Below are positions 9,454 through 17,693 of a stretch of 25,192 nt of DNA, one piece after another. A model generated the notes under the pieces. The model was not told the origin of the DNA. It saw only the letters and a program-made list of their open reading frames with translations, and did not search any database. The position numbers were made by a program, and so were the translations under genes. Position 1 is the first letter of the stretch. The number at the start of each line of letters is the position of its first letter. The DNA comes from Aquificaceae bacterium (GTDB lineage: Bacteria; Aquificota; Aquificia; Aquificales; Aquificaceae), in contig JBEPZX010000018.1 in assembly GCA_041640635.1 (NCBI GenBank), positions 1 through 25,192 of the forward strand, in the 5' to 3' direction.

Positions 9454-10333
9454 CTTTTTTCTTTACTTCGTGTCTCCCAAACTCGTATCTAAGACCAGCC
9501 AAAAGTCTGTCTCTAAAAGAGTTTTCTTGCCTTGACCTAAAGCGCACAAAGAGGGACTCCGCTATGGCGGGCAAAGGTACACCCCTTTTGATGGCTTCTA
9601 ACACTGTCCATCTGCCTTCGCCTGTATCTTCTACGTAACCTTTGAGGTTATCTAAGTTTCCAAAGTCTTCGAAAACTCTTTGGGTAAGTTCCATAAGCCA
9701 GGACCTGATGACTGAGCCCTTATTGTAAAGCCTTGCTACTTCTTTTAGATCGTAATTAAAACCACTTTCCTTAAGAAGTTCAAATCCTTCGGCTATGGCT
9801 TCCATCATGGCATACTCTATGCCGTTATGCACCATCTTGGCAAAGTGCCCTGCACCTGAGCTTCCAAGATAGGCGTAGCCTCTACCTTCCACCGATAAAT
9901 CCTTAAATATAGGTTCAACATACTCAAAGGCTTCTCTGTCTCCACCTATCATAAGGCAGTAACCCTGCGTTTCTCCCCAAACTCCACCGCTCACACCTAC
10001 ATCCATAAAGTGGACACCTAAAGACTTTAATCTCTCATACCTTCTTTGAGAGTCTAAATAGTAAGAATTGCCACCATCTATGAGAATGTCATTTTCGCTT
10101 AGGTAATGTGCCAAGTTATTTATCACACTATCTACAGCCTCGTGTGGAACCATCAACCAAACAACTTTGCGCTCCCCTACAAAAAAGTCCCTTATTTGCT
10201 CCAAAGAGCTCAAAGTTGGTATGGAACTCTCCTTTACCTTTGGATCGTAACCTACCACGCTGTACCCGAAGGACAAGAGCCTTCCTGTTATACCACTTCC
10301 CATTCTTCCAAGTCCTATCATGCATAGTTTCAT
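9443..10333 (-). CDS. gnd: 6-phosphogluconate dehydrogenase, decarboxylating, short (YqeC/GntZ) form
   Basis: GLGRMG, IDGGNS, VSGG, GAGHFAKMVHNGIEY, DTGEGRW, LRYEFGRH. Confidence 0.95.
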   Translation of the reverse strand: MKLCMIGLGRMGSGITGRLLSFGYSVVGYDPKVKESSIPTLSSLEQIRDFFVGERKVVWLMVPHEAVDSVINNLAHYLSENDILIDGGNSYYLDSQRRYERLKSLGVHFMDVGVSGGVWGETQGYCLMIGGDREAFEYVEPIFKDLSVEGRGYAYLGSSGAGHFAKMVHNGIEYAMMEAIAEGFELLKESGFNYDLKEVARLYNKGSVIRSWLMELTQRVFEDFGNLDNLKGYVEDTGEGRWTVLEAIKRGVPLPAIAESLFVRFRSRQENSFRDRLLAGLRYEFGRHEVKKKDEQ

Positions 10334-10347
10334 TGTTTAATACTCCC

Positions 10348-10833
10348 TCAAAGCTCCTGTAAAAGCTTCTGATTCATTAAATCCACCTTTTCTCTTAAGC
10401 TCTGCATATAATCATCCAGTTTTTCTTTTATGTTGTCATACTTCAATGACAGTATGCGAAGGGCCAACAAAGCTGCGTTTGTGGAGTTTCCTATGGCTAC
10501 AGTTGCTACAGGTATACCTGCAGGCATTTGGACTATAGAATATAAGGAATCCAAACCTCCTAGGTGCTTTGTAGGTATTGGCACACCTACAACAGGCAAA
10601 GTAGTCATAGATGCAACCATACCTGGCAAATGAGCTGCACCACCTGCACCAGCTATTATAACCTGTATACCTCTCTGGCGTGCATTTTTTGCAAAATCAT
10701 ACATACTATCAGGCGTCCTATGGGCAGAAACGACCCTTACTTCGCACTCAACACCAAAGTCTTTGAGTGTGTTATAGGCATCTTTTAGGTACTCCCAATC
10801 GGACATGCTCCCCATTATTATGGCTACTTTCAT
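10348..10833 (-). CDS. purE: N5-CAIR mutase
   Basis: [39 protein letters not shown]. Confidence 0.98.
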   Translation of the reverse strand: MKVAIIMGSMSDWEYLKDAYNTLKDFGVECEVRVVSAHRTPDSMYDFAKNARQRGIQVIIAGAGGAAHLPGMVASMTTLPVVGVPIPTKHLGGLDSLYSIVQMPAGIPVATVAIGNSTNAALLALRILSLKYDNIKEKLDDYMQSLREKVDLMNQKLLQEL

Positions 10834-10841
10834 ATGAAGAA

Positions 10842-10847
10842 ATTATA
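10842..10847 (-). promoter_or_regulatory. -10 box for purE, overlapping the upstream gene's stop codon
   Basis: TATAAT containing TAA 10845-10843, 8 nt before ATG 10833, with no SD. Confidence 0.55.
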
Positions 10848-11079
10848 TACTATCCATAAACTTTCTTATATTTACAAGGGTTTGAGCTATCTGGTTTCTT
10901 TTGCCTTCGGCTTGAGATACGAGATGGTTCAGTAAAGCAAGGCACTCCTTTGCTTCTTCCAAGCTCATGTTTTCTATAGGTGGAATGCTTTGCAAAGCTT
11001 GTATAAGGGCGTCAAAGTTTTCCTCTTGCATATAGATTTGACACTTAAGGAGCAGCTGCTTTAAGTTTTCCTTGCTCAA
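10843..11079 (-). CDS. Small helical protein, FliT-like by position
   Basis: 78-aa helical ORF with a TTG start, overlapping the end of fliS, at the position FliT usually occupies in fliDST operons. Confidence 0.55.
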   Translation of the reverse strand: MSKENLKQLLLKCQIYMQEENFDALIQALQSIPPIENMSLEEAKECLALLNHLVSQAEGKRNQIAQTLVNIRKFMDSI

Positions 11080-11443
11080 CCCTTTCTACCTCTTCCCAAC
11101 TTTCTTTTAGGTCCGTCAACACTTTTATCATTTTTCTCAAAGTTTCTGGATCATCCTCTAAGCTCAATTTTACAATGTCATTGCTCAAAGCTGTATATAT
11201 TTCGTGAAGATTTTTGGCTACTTCTCCCCCTTTTTCCATATCTAATGTACTATCTAAAACAACGAGTATATCGTTCGCTCTTAAAAGCTCCTCGAGTTTT
11301 GTTTTTGTATCTTCCAAAGAGGCGTTTCCCTTTTTCATTATATCTAAGGCGGTTTCTAAAGCAAGAATGGCTCTTTCATAAAGCATTATAACTAACCTAA
11401 TAGGATTTGCTGTGTATACCATATTTTCAAGATAACTATTCAT
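11045..11443 (-). CDS. fliS: Flagellin export chaperone FliS
   Basis: TANPIRLVIMLYERAI, LDMEKGGEVAKNLHEIY, LKESW. Confidence 0.95.
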   Translation of the reverse strand: MNSYLENMVYTANPIRLVIMLYERAILALETALDIMKKGNASLEDTKTKLEELLRANDILVVLDSTLDMEKGGEVAKNLHEIYTALSNDIVKLSLEDDPETLRKMIKVLTDLKESWEEVERVEQGKLKAAAP

Positions 11444-12774
11444 TATTTTTTACCTCCTTGCATTTCTGATAATGTGACAATAAAGTTTTGCAATCTGTCC
11501 ATAATTCCTTTAGCCTGATTCATAAAAGCTTCTACCTTGGAAAACTCAAGTTTTAACCGTGCCTCTTCCTTTTGTAAGCTTTCATACAAGGCGCTTGCTC
11601 TGTTGTTTAATATTTCTATCCTTGAGCCATAATCTTTAGCTATTCTATCTAAATCTGTAGAGAGTGCAGAAGTTATAGATGTCATTTGCGTAGATACATT
11701 TACAAGCAGAGACTTTAAACCTTCTCTGTCAGATTTTATAATTCTATCCAAGTTTGAAGTATCTAAACTCAAAGTTCCATCTTCCATTACATTCAGCAGT
11801 CCTTTTCTAAAGAGTGGATCCAAGGCGTTTAAAAGTTCCCTTTTTACACCTAAAATCACCTGATCACCTTGAAGGGGCTTATTGAGTCCAGTTAGGTCGT
11901 TTACTTGCTTCACAACTTCGTTGTATTTGGACACTATATTTTGCAAAAAGTTGGTTATGGCTGAATTGTTTTCCTCTACCTTTATGGTTGTATTGCCTGC
12001 AGTTCTGACAGTTACATTAAGTCCCGTTACTATGTTGTTAAAAGTGTTGGTTGGACTGGTCAAGGTGTTGGATCCAATCTGTATTTTTGCATTTTTGGCA
12101 AACTGAAGGGGATTTGCAGAGTCTATAAACCACAAAGGATAACCAAAACCACTACTTGGATCAGAATACTCTACCAAAATAGCTGTAGCACCCGACAAAG
12201 TTTCAAAAGTAGAAGCACCTTCGTCCTTTTCTGCAAGCAAGAGTCTGTATTGGTTACCGTCAAAAAACACGCTGGCTTCTATTTTGCTATTGGGAATGCT
12301 GTTTATGGCGTTTACCAAATCTTGTATTGTTCCACTTCCAGCGTTTACAGAGCCTTGGATTTCTATAGCACTTCCAGTGTTGAGCTTTAGAGTAAAATCG
12401 TTCCACGATATGGTTTGGTTTGTATCGCTCACACCGCCCGTTGAAAGTAGCATCTCCCTTTGGGCAAGGCTTTGGACGTTTATGCTTAAAGATACGTTAG
12501 GAGTGTTTGGACTTGCGCTGGCTACTGCTACATTTGTGTCCGAAGATGTAGCTATCTTTTGCTTAAAAAGGTCCTCTATGTTTGTATTGAGAACATTTTT
12601 TAGATTGTTTACTTTGCTAAGTACACTAGAATAGGCTTCTTGTTTGGTTTTGAAGACAAGAGCTTCCTGCTCCATTCTCCTGATAGGCAAAGACTTTATA
12701 TTCAGAATCTGATTTATTAGCGAACCCCAATCTAGTTGCCCCGTTAGGTTGTTAAAGTATATTTCACCAGCCAA
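11443..12774 (-). CDS. fliD: Flagellar filament cap protein FliD
   Basis: TTG start with AAGGAGG SD. N-terminal GQLDWGSLINQI, INVQSLAQ, IQDLVNAIN, TNTF...GLNVTV, KYNEV, and C-terminal LKLEFSKVE. Confidence 0.93.
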   Translation of the reverse strand: MAGEIYFNNLTGQLDWGSLINQILNIKSLPIRRMEQEALVFKTKQEAYSSVLSKVNNLKNVLNTNIEDLFKQKIATSSDTNVAVASASPNTPNVSLSINVQSLAQREMLLSTGGVSDTNQTISWNDFTLKLNTGSAIEIQGSVNAGSGTIQDLVNAINSIPNSKIEASVFFDGNQYRLLLAEKDEGASTFETLSGATAILVEYSDPSSGFGYPLWFIDSANPLQFAKNAKIQIGSNTLTSPTNTFNNIVTGLNVTVRTAGNTTIKVEENNSAITNFLQNIVSKYNEVVKQVNDLTGLNKPLQGDQVILGVKRELLNALDPLFRKGLLNVMEDGTLSLDTSNLDRIIKSDREGLKSLLVNVSTQMTSITSALSTDLDRIAKDYGSRIEILNNRASALYESLQKEEARLKLEFSKVEAFMNQAKGIMDRLQNFIVTLSEMQGGKK

Positions 12775-12775
12775 A

Positions 12776-13150
12776 TTAAGCCTCCTTCTCTACCAACACG
12801 GCTAACATCTGGTCAATCTTTTTCATAAGGTCTAGCAGATAATCAGGCGGTATCTGTCTTATAACTCTCTTAGTTTCTCGCTCTATTATTTTTGCTACAG
12901 GTATATCCAATTCCATATCTATATCTATTTGCAGGTACTTAGAAAGCATATCAAATTTTTTGGCTATTTCTTCCATGAGCTTCTTTATGTCTTCATCCTT
13001 TACTTCTTGTGTCTGTTTTACCTGTTCTAAAGTGTCTTGAACTTCCCTTTGAAATTTTTCTAGATTCCCTTCATGTGCCTTTCTTGCGAAGAACTCCTGA
13101 CCTTCCAATTTGGGCAGATCTATATTCACTCCCTTGGGCTCAACTTTCAT
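12776..13150 (-). CDS. flaG: Flagellar protein FlaG
   Basis: AKIIERETKRVIRQIPPDYLL motif, located between flagellin and fliD. Confidence 0.92.
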   Translation of the reverse strand: MKVEPKGVNIDLPKLEGQEFFARKAHEGNLEKFQREVQDTLEQVKQTQEVKDEDIKKLMEEIAKKFDMLSKYLQIDIDMELDIPVAKIIERETKRVIRQIPPDYLLDLMKKIDQMLAVLVEKEA

Positions 13151-13167
13151 AGTTTAGCTCTCCTAAT

Positions 13168-13199
13168 TAAAGAGGGGGAGTGTATACCACTCCCCTTTT
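13168..13199 (-). terminator. Stem-loop after flagellin (leaky terminator or 3' stabiliser)
   Basis: GGGGAGTG-5 nt-CACTCCCC (13175-13195). On the - strand it is followed by CTCTTTAA. Confidence 0.8.
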
Positions 13200-13206
13200 A
13201 AATTTA

Positions 13207-14745
13207 TTACCTTAGGAGTTGCAAGACAAGCTGAGGCAACTGGTTGGCTTGTGCAAGCATAGCCATACCACTTTGCATCTTAATTTGCAACTTGGTGAAG
13301 TTGGTCATTTCTTCCGCGTAGTCGGTATTTCTAATGACGTTTTCCGCTTCTTGGGTGTTGTCCAGCGCCACCTTTTGGGCATCGTATATAGACTGCAAGT
13401 TGTTCATAATCGCACCTATGTTGGACCTTATCCTGTCTACCTTTCTTATGGCAGCATCGGCGATAATCATACCAAGTTCGGCACCCTCGTTTGTTCTCAC
13501 ATCTATCTTATAAAGATCCTGGACATCGGAATCTTTGTAAGTAACGTTGCCAATTCCAAGACCTCGAGCGTTATTTGCAGATTGAAAGTCTACTCTATAC
13601 GCATCAGGAGCTGTAATTTTTATCTGCCCAACTCTCACAGCAGAAGCAGTGAAGCTAGGATTATTACCAGCAGCTGAAGTGTGAGAGCTAGCACCTTGAA
13701 TTAACTGATCTAGGTTAAGAGTAATAGTTACACCTGTACCTGTTGCAGTAGCACTTGCCTCTACAGCTATGGTTTCTCCATTTGTGGTGTTAAGAACCAA
13801 CCTGTTGTCCACTGTCTTTGATGCTCGAACTTGGGCACCAGCATTGGCGGCTGCAGAGTTTATTCTGCTTATAAGATCATCCAGTGTGGTACTTTCATTT
13901 ACACCACTTACCGTAAAATTCACACCGCCAACATAGAATGTAAGACTAGCACTTTCATTAGTACCATCTGAAACGATTAAACTTGTAAATTGAGCTGCTG
14001 TACTTGAGTTTTTAGCGTAAGCTTTAAAACCTAGCTCACCAAGAGTAGGATCTTCATTTATATTCTTTGCAAAAGTTCCAGCGTCTATAATGTTATTAGA
14101 ACCGGCTGTCATGGTTAATGATCGTCCATTTATGAGAGCTGTTTGGGAACCAGTATATACTTGGTATGGGAAGTTAGTATTATTTAGGGCACCAGTAGAT
14201 GAGGTTACACTTCCTGTGCCACTCACTAAGTTTGTCCCAATAGATTGAGCTCTTAGATCCTGTATACTTACGTTTACTATCTGGTCATTTCTTGGTCCGT
14301 AATGGATATATTTGTCTGAAAAAGTGCCATCCAACAGTTTAATGCCGTTATACTCGGTGTCGGTTCCTATCTTCTGTATAGCATCTACGAAGTTCCTTAT
14401 CTCAGCTTGCAGAGATGCACGTGCGTTAGGATCGTTTATGTCGTTGGCAGCTCTTGTTGCCCTTGCGTAGATTTCTTTTAACCTGTCAAAGATCTGCCCT
14501 GCCGCGTTTTCTGCGATTCTCAGAGCTGAGAGTCCCGTTTGGATGTTTCTGTTACCTTCCCTATAACCCGTAGCAACCAAGGAAAGCTGGTCTGCTATAA
14601 ATAGACCTGCGGCATCGTCAGAAGCGTTTAGGATTCTCATACCTGTTGAGAGCCTTAGTAAGGACTTGTTCATATCTCTTTCGTTGCTTACTAAGCTTGT
14701 ATGGGTTGCTGCAGCTTCAAAGTTAAAGTTAATTCTTAGCGCCAT
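13207..14745 (-). CDS. fliC: Flagellin
   Basis: RLSTGMRILNASDDAAGL, TEYNGIKLLDG, RSNIGAIMNNL, IRNTDYAEEM...LAQANQLPQLVLQLLR. SD AAGGAGGT. Confidence 0.98.
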   Translation of the reverse strand: MALRINFNFEAAATHTSLVSNERDMNKSLLRLSTGMRILNASDDAAGLFIADQLSLVATGYREGNRNIQTGLSALRIAENAAGQIFDRLKEIYARATRAANDINDPNARASLQAEIRNFVDAIQKIGTDTEYNGIKLLDGTFSDKYIHYGPRNDQIVNVSIQDLRAQSIGTNLVSGTGSVTSSTGALNNTNFPYQVYTGSQTALINGRSLTMTAGSNNIIDAGTFAKNINEDPTLGELGFKAYAKNSSTAAQFTSLIVSDGTNESASLTFYVGGVNFTVSGVNESTTLDDLISRINSAAANAGAQVRASKTVDNRLVLNTTNGETIAVEASATATGTGVTITLNLDQLIQGASSHTSAAGNNPSFTASAVRVGQIKITAPDAYRVDFQSANNARGLGIGNVTYKDSDVQDLYKIDVRTNEGAELGMIIADAAIRKVDRIRSNIGAIMNNLQSIYDAQKVALDNTQEAENVIRNTDYAEEMTNFTKLQIKMQSGMAMLAQANQLPQLVLQLLR

Positions 14746-14778
14746 AGCTAAACCTCCTTTTCAAACTTTATATCTTTT

Positions 14779-14806
14779 ATATCGGAGGTTTTTAAAATTT
14801 TTTTAG
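14779..14806 (-). promoter_or_regulatory. Sigma-28 (FliA) promoter of flagellin
   Basis: CTAAA-15 nt-TCCGATAT on the - strand matches the TAAA-N15-GCCGATAA consensus, 33 nt before the ATG. Confidence 0.88.
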
Positions 14807-14809
14807 AGT

Positions 14810-16963
14810 TTATATGGTGTTTCCCTTACCAAAGATTATCTCCAAAGCTGAAATCCTTATGGCTCTGCCTATTAGCTCATCCAAGTTGATGGGAGAGTTA
14901 CCTTTTACAGCTATGGCATACTGGAAGTTTCCCAAAGTTCTGGAGTTTACATACAGAGGCATGGCATAGTTTATGAGTATGTTCTTAATCCACTCGGGTG
15001 AGATTTCCAAGTTGGCATTTTGACCGCCTACATTCACAGGTACCAAAAAGGACTTGGTTGGATATATACCCTCCAAAAGGGTGCCGGGAATGAAGGCTTC
15101 CGTGAAGATGTGAACCTCCTTAAATCCTGCTTTCTTTAAAGCGTAATGCAAAGTCCAGTACTTCCAGCGGGTGACATGGTGCGGTGGGTAGTCATGGTGC
15201 CACCACTTGTATTTTCTGTAGCCTAAGGCGGTGTTTTCAAACTTATAGTAGGGCGGACAGCTCATGATAAACATGCCACCTTCGTTTAGCATAGAGTAGA
15301 TTTCCTTGAGAAAAGATAGAGGGTCCGGTACATGCTCCAAAACTTCAAAGGCTGTTATGTAGTCGTAGGTCTGTCTAAACTCCTGTGGAAGCTCATCAAA
15401 AGTCAAGGCTTGTGTTACCTTCAGTTTGAACTTCCTTTTTGCCAATTCTATGGCTTCCTTGCCTGCATCCATACCGTATGTGTCGTATCCCAAGCTTCTG
15501 GCAATGAGCATAAAAAATCCTGTGGCGCATCCTACGTCCAATAGCTTGCCTTTGGGAAGCACGGACAGTATGGGTATTAGCACGTTAAAGCGTGGTAACT
15601 TGCTCCACTTTTGTATCTCCTCTTTTTCTGTACCCATTTGCATATACGATTTGTACAAAGCTGTTGTAACTCTAGAAATCTCCTCCTCCTCACCCGAATA
15701 AACTTCATCGTAATCCATAGTCTTCATTGGGTAAGTAAAGTGAAGTCCACAGGATGGGCACTCAAAAACTCTGTTGCCGTTTATAACTTCAAAAAGGGGT
15801 ATCTCACCTTCGTATTCACACAGTATACACTTGGAAGGTTTGGGATAGTCTTCCTCGGAAGCCAAAAGGGCATCCTTTAGAGCGTAGTAAATTAACTTGG
15901 GGGGTATCTCTTGCAAACATGGACTGTAAAAGGAGCTTTTGAGTTTAGCCTCGGGGCATGGCTCACCTGTGGCATGTATTTTGCACGGTGCTTTGCATGT
16001 TTGACCCGTGTAGTTAGCCAAGACGGGTATGACGGTTTTATACGTTCTAGCTCTTAGCTCCGGATCTATGGCACCGGATACCAAAACGGTGGGTTTTTTA
16101 AGCCCTGCCGCTATGTGAAGAGTAGCCGTGTCCGCGGTTATTACCGCATCGGAAAGGTAGACACTAGCTATCAGATACCTTATGTCCTTCATGTATTGGG
16201 AAAGATTAGCTGCCCTTATACCGTAAACGTCCAAAGACACCTCTACCGTTATGTCCTCCTTTGGCATGGAGCATATCACAGGTGCGTAATCTTGCCACAC
16301 AAGGTCTTCTATTTCTTTCAAAAGCTTTGGTGGAAGTGTTCTGTGAACAGATGATGCCAAGTAGTGAAACACCAAGACTTTATCCTTGCTAGAGACCTCT
16401 TTTATCTTATCAAAGATGGGTCTCAGCTCTTCCACCACCTTTTGGTCCACGTAAACATCAGGTGTCTCATCCTGGGCTGTGTATAGGTGAAGCTTCCACA
16501 AAAAGTACTCTACCATGTTTAGGTTGTCAAACTGAGGCGTGTTTACCATCTCCACAGCTTTGACTATATAGTCACACTTTTTCACCTCTTTGAAAGGTAT
16601 AGGCATGGTCAAGAGCTTGTCTATGTACTCAAGATTTTCCAAAACTGGTCTTGCATATCCAGAGACGCTTACCCAAAGTTTGGCTTTGGGATATCTTCTC
16701 TTGAACTCCCTAAAGGCTACCGTGGAGCACAGGACGTCACCTATAGCACCTTGCATTATCACTAAAACTGTTTTTCCTGAAGGGTTTTCACCTTCGTAAA
16801 AAGAAGGGAGTTCTTCGCTAACTTCTTTGAAGGACTCTTTTACGTCTTTGGAGAGCAAATCAAAAACATCATTGGCAAAGAGAAACTTTTCACCTTGAGA
16901 AATGTTAAAGCTGTAGTTGTTGAAGTCTAATTTCATAGCTTTGGTGGCTTTTACTACCTTCAT
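14810..16963 (-). CDS. Fusion of GT9 glycosyltransferase, zinc ribbon and class I SAM-dependent methyltransferase
   Basis: GT9: VLVIMQGAIGDVLCST...RRYPKA, AVITADTATLHIAAGLKKPTV, CKAPC...C...CLQEI. Zinc ribbon: CILC...CPSCG. MTase: LLDVGCATG, FEVLEHVPDP, PPHH...KKAGF. Confidence 0.88.
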   Translation of the reverse strand: MKVVKATKAMKLDFNNYSFNISQGEKFLFANDVFDLLSKDVKESFKEVSEELPSFYEGENPSGKTVLVIMQGAIGDVLCSTVAFREFKRRYPKAKLWVSVSGYARPVLENLEYIDKLLTMPIPFKEVKKCDYIVKAVEMVNTPQFDNLNMVEYFLWKLHLYTAQDETPDVYVDQKVVEELRPIFDKIKEVSSKDKVLVFHYLASSVHRTLPPKLLKEIEDLVWQDYAPVICSMPKEDITVEVSLDVYGIRAANLSQYMKDIRYLIASVYLSDAVITADTATLHIAAGLKKPTVLVSGAIDPELRARTYKTVIPVLANYTGQTCKAPCKIHATGEPCPEAKLKSSFYSPCLQEIPPKLIYYALKDALLASEEDYPKPSKCILCEYEGEIPLFEVINGNRVFECPSCGLHFTYPMKTMDYDEVYSGEEEEISRVTTALYKSYMQMGTEKEEIQKWSKLPRFNVLIPILSVLPKGKLLDVGCATGFFMLIARSLGYDTYGMDAGKEAIELAKRKFKLKVTQALTFDELPQEFRQTYDYITAFEVLEHVPDPLSFLKEIYSMLNEGGMFIMSCPPYYKFENTALGYRKYKWWHHDYPPHHVTRWKYWTLHYALKKAGFKEVHIFTEAFIPGTLLEGIYPTKSFLVPVNVGGQNANLEISPEWIKNILINYAMPLYVNSRTLGNFQYAIAVKGNSPINLDELIGRAIRISALEIIFGKGNTI

Positions 16964-16972
16964 GGCTAACCT

Positions 16973-17653
16973 CTATATCAGATCAAAGAGCTTAAAGTTT
17001 CTCAGGCTCAAGTATTGTGCGTGTATGGAGAAAAGGTAACCTTTGGCGTTGAGCGCATACATCTTTTCAGGCTGAAGTGAAACTAAAGCCTCAGGCTTAA
17101 GTAAGAACATTCCCCTTATTTCCATACTGCCGTATTTGTTCTGTATAGGAAGGTCCATCTGCTCCAAAAGGTTGAGGTCTAAAACCTCTTTTGCAAACTC
17201 TTGAGCTTTGACTATGTCTTGGGCATAGTTGGTGAGTTCTTGGAGTTTATCTTGCATGTATTGGGTTGGCTGTGCATCTTGGTCAAAAAGCTCCACTCCG
17301 CTTTCGCTGGCGTATTGCATATCCAAAACTACTAGGTAATCCTCACCCTTTCTTACTATCCCAAAAGGGTAAAGATCCAAAGCTTTTGGTATCACATCCA
17401 CCTTCCAAGTGCCGTCTTCCTTTAAAAATACACTTTTTCCACCTGTACCAGTTACAGCTAAAGGTGTTAAATCCCCATCTACAAAAGCGAAAAAAACAGG
17501 GTAATACATGGTGCAAGCTACAAGCTCTGAGTATCCAATAGGGACAAAGTCCACGTTGGCAAAGGCAAACATGTCTGTTCTTAGGACTATCCTTAGATTT
17601 TTGTGCACATTAGGATCTAAAATTTGAGGATTCTTAAAAGATTTTATGAGCAT
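16973..17653 (-). CDS. SapC family protein
   Basis: Typical SapC pattern: LDPNVHKNLRI...FAFA...VPI...E....YYPVFF...PLAV.G.....F...G.W....IP....YPF...LF.....PT...L..L...GYL..I.AQ..SL.N. SD GGAGG. Confidence 0.82.
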   Translation of the reverse strand: MLIKSFKNPQILDPNVHKNLRIVLRTDMFAFANVDFVPIGYSELVACTMYYPVFFAFVDGDLTPLAVTGTGGKSVFLKEDGTWKVDVIPKALDLYPFGIVRKGEDYLVVLDMQYASESGVELFDQDAQPTQYMQDKLQELTNYAQDIVKAQEFAKEVLDLNLLEQMDLPIQNKYGSMEIRGMFLLKPEALVSLQPEKMYALNAKGYLFSIHAQYLSLRNFKLFDLI

Positions 17654-17672
17654 TCCCGCCTCCTTATCTTCT

Positions 17673-17678
17673 ATTATA
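17673..17678 (-). promoter_or_regulatory. Possible -10 box for the sapC / GT9-MTase unit
   Basis: TATAAT 19 nt before ATG 17653, with the SD in between. No clear -35. Confidence 0.4.
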
Positions 17679-17693
17679 TAGATATTGCTTCTA

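Noticed and set aside
13219..13677. 152-aa antisense ORF in flagellin, and similar short ORFs within zwf, fliD, gnd, grpE, the M16 genes and aconitase
   Set aside because: Shadow frames of well-supported genes with no recognisable motifs.
14787..14805. A/T homopolymers in the sigma-28 spacer, and T8 in pgl, as phase-variation tracts
   Set aside because: Runs of 7-8 A/T are common in this AT-rich sequence, the spacer is the optimal 15 nt, and the reading frames are intact.
15900..16000. Cys cluster of the fusion GT9 as proof of a TibC-type iron finger
   Set aside because: The ordinary WaaF-like GT9 at 5968-6903 has a similar cluster, so it is not diagnostic.
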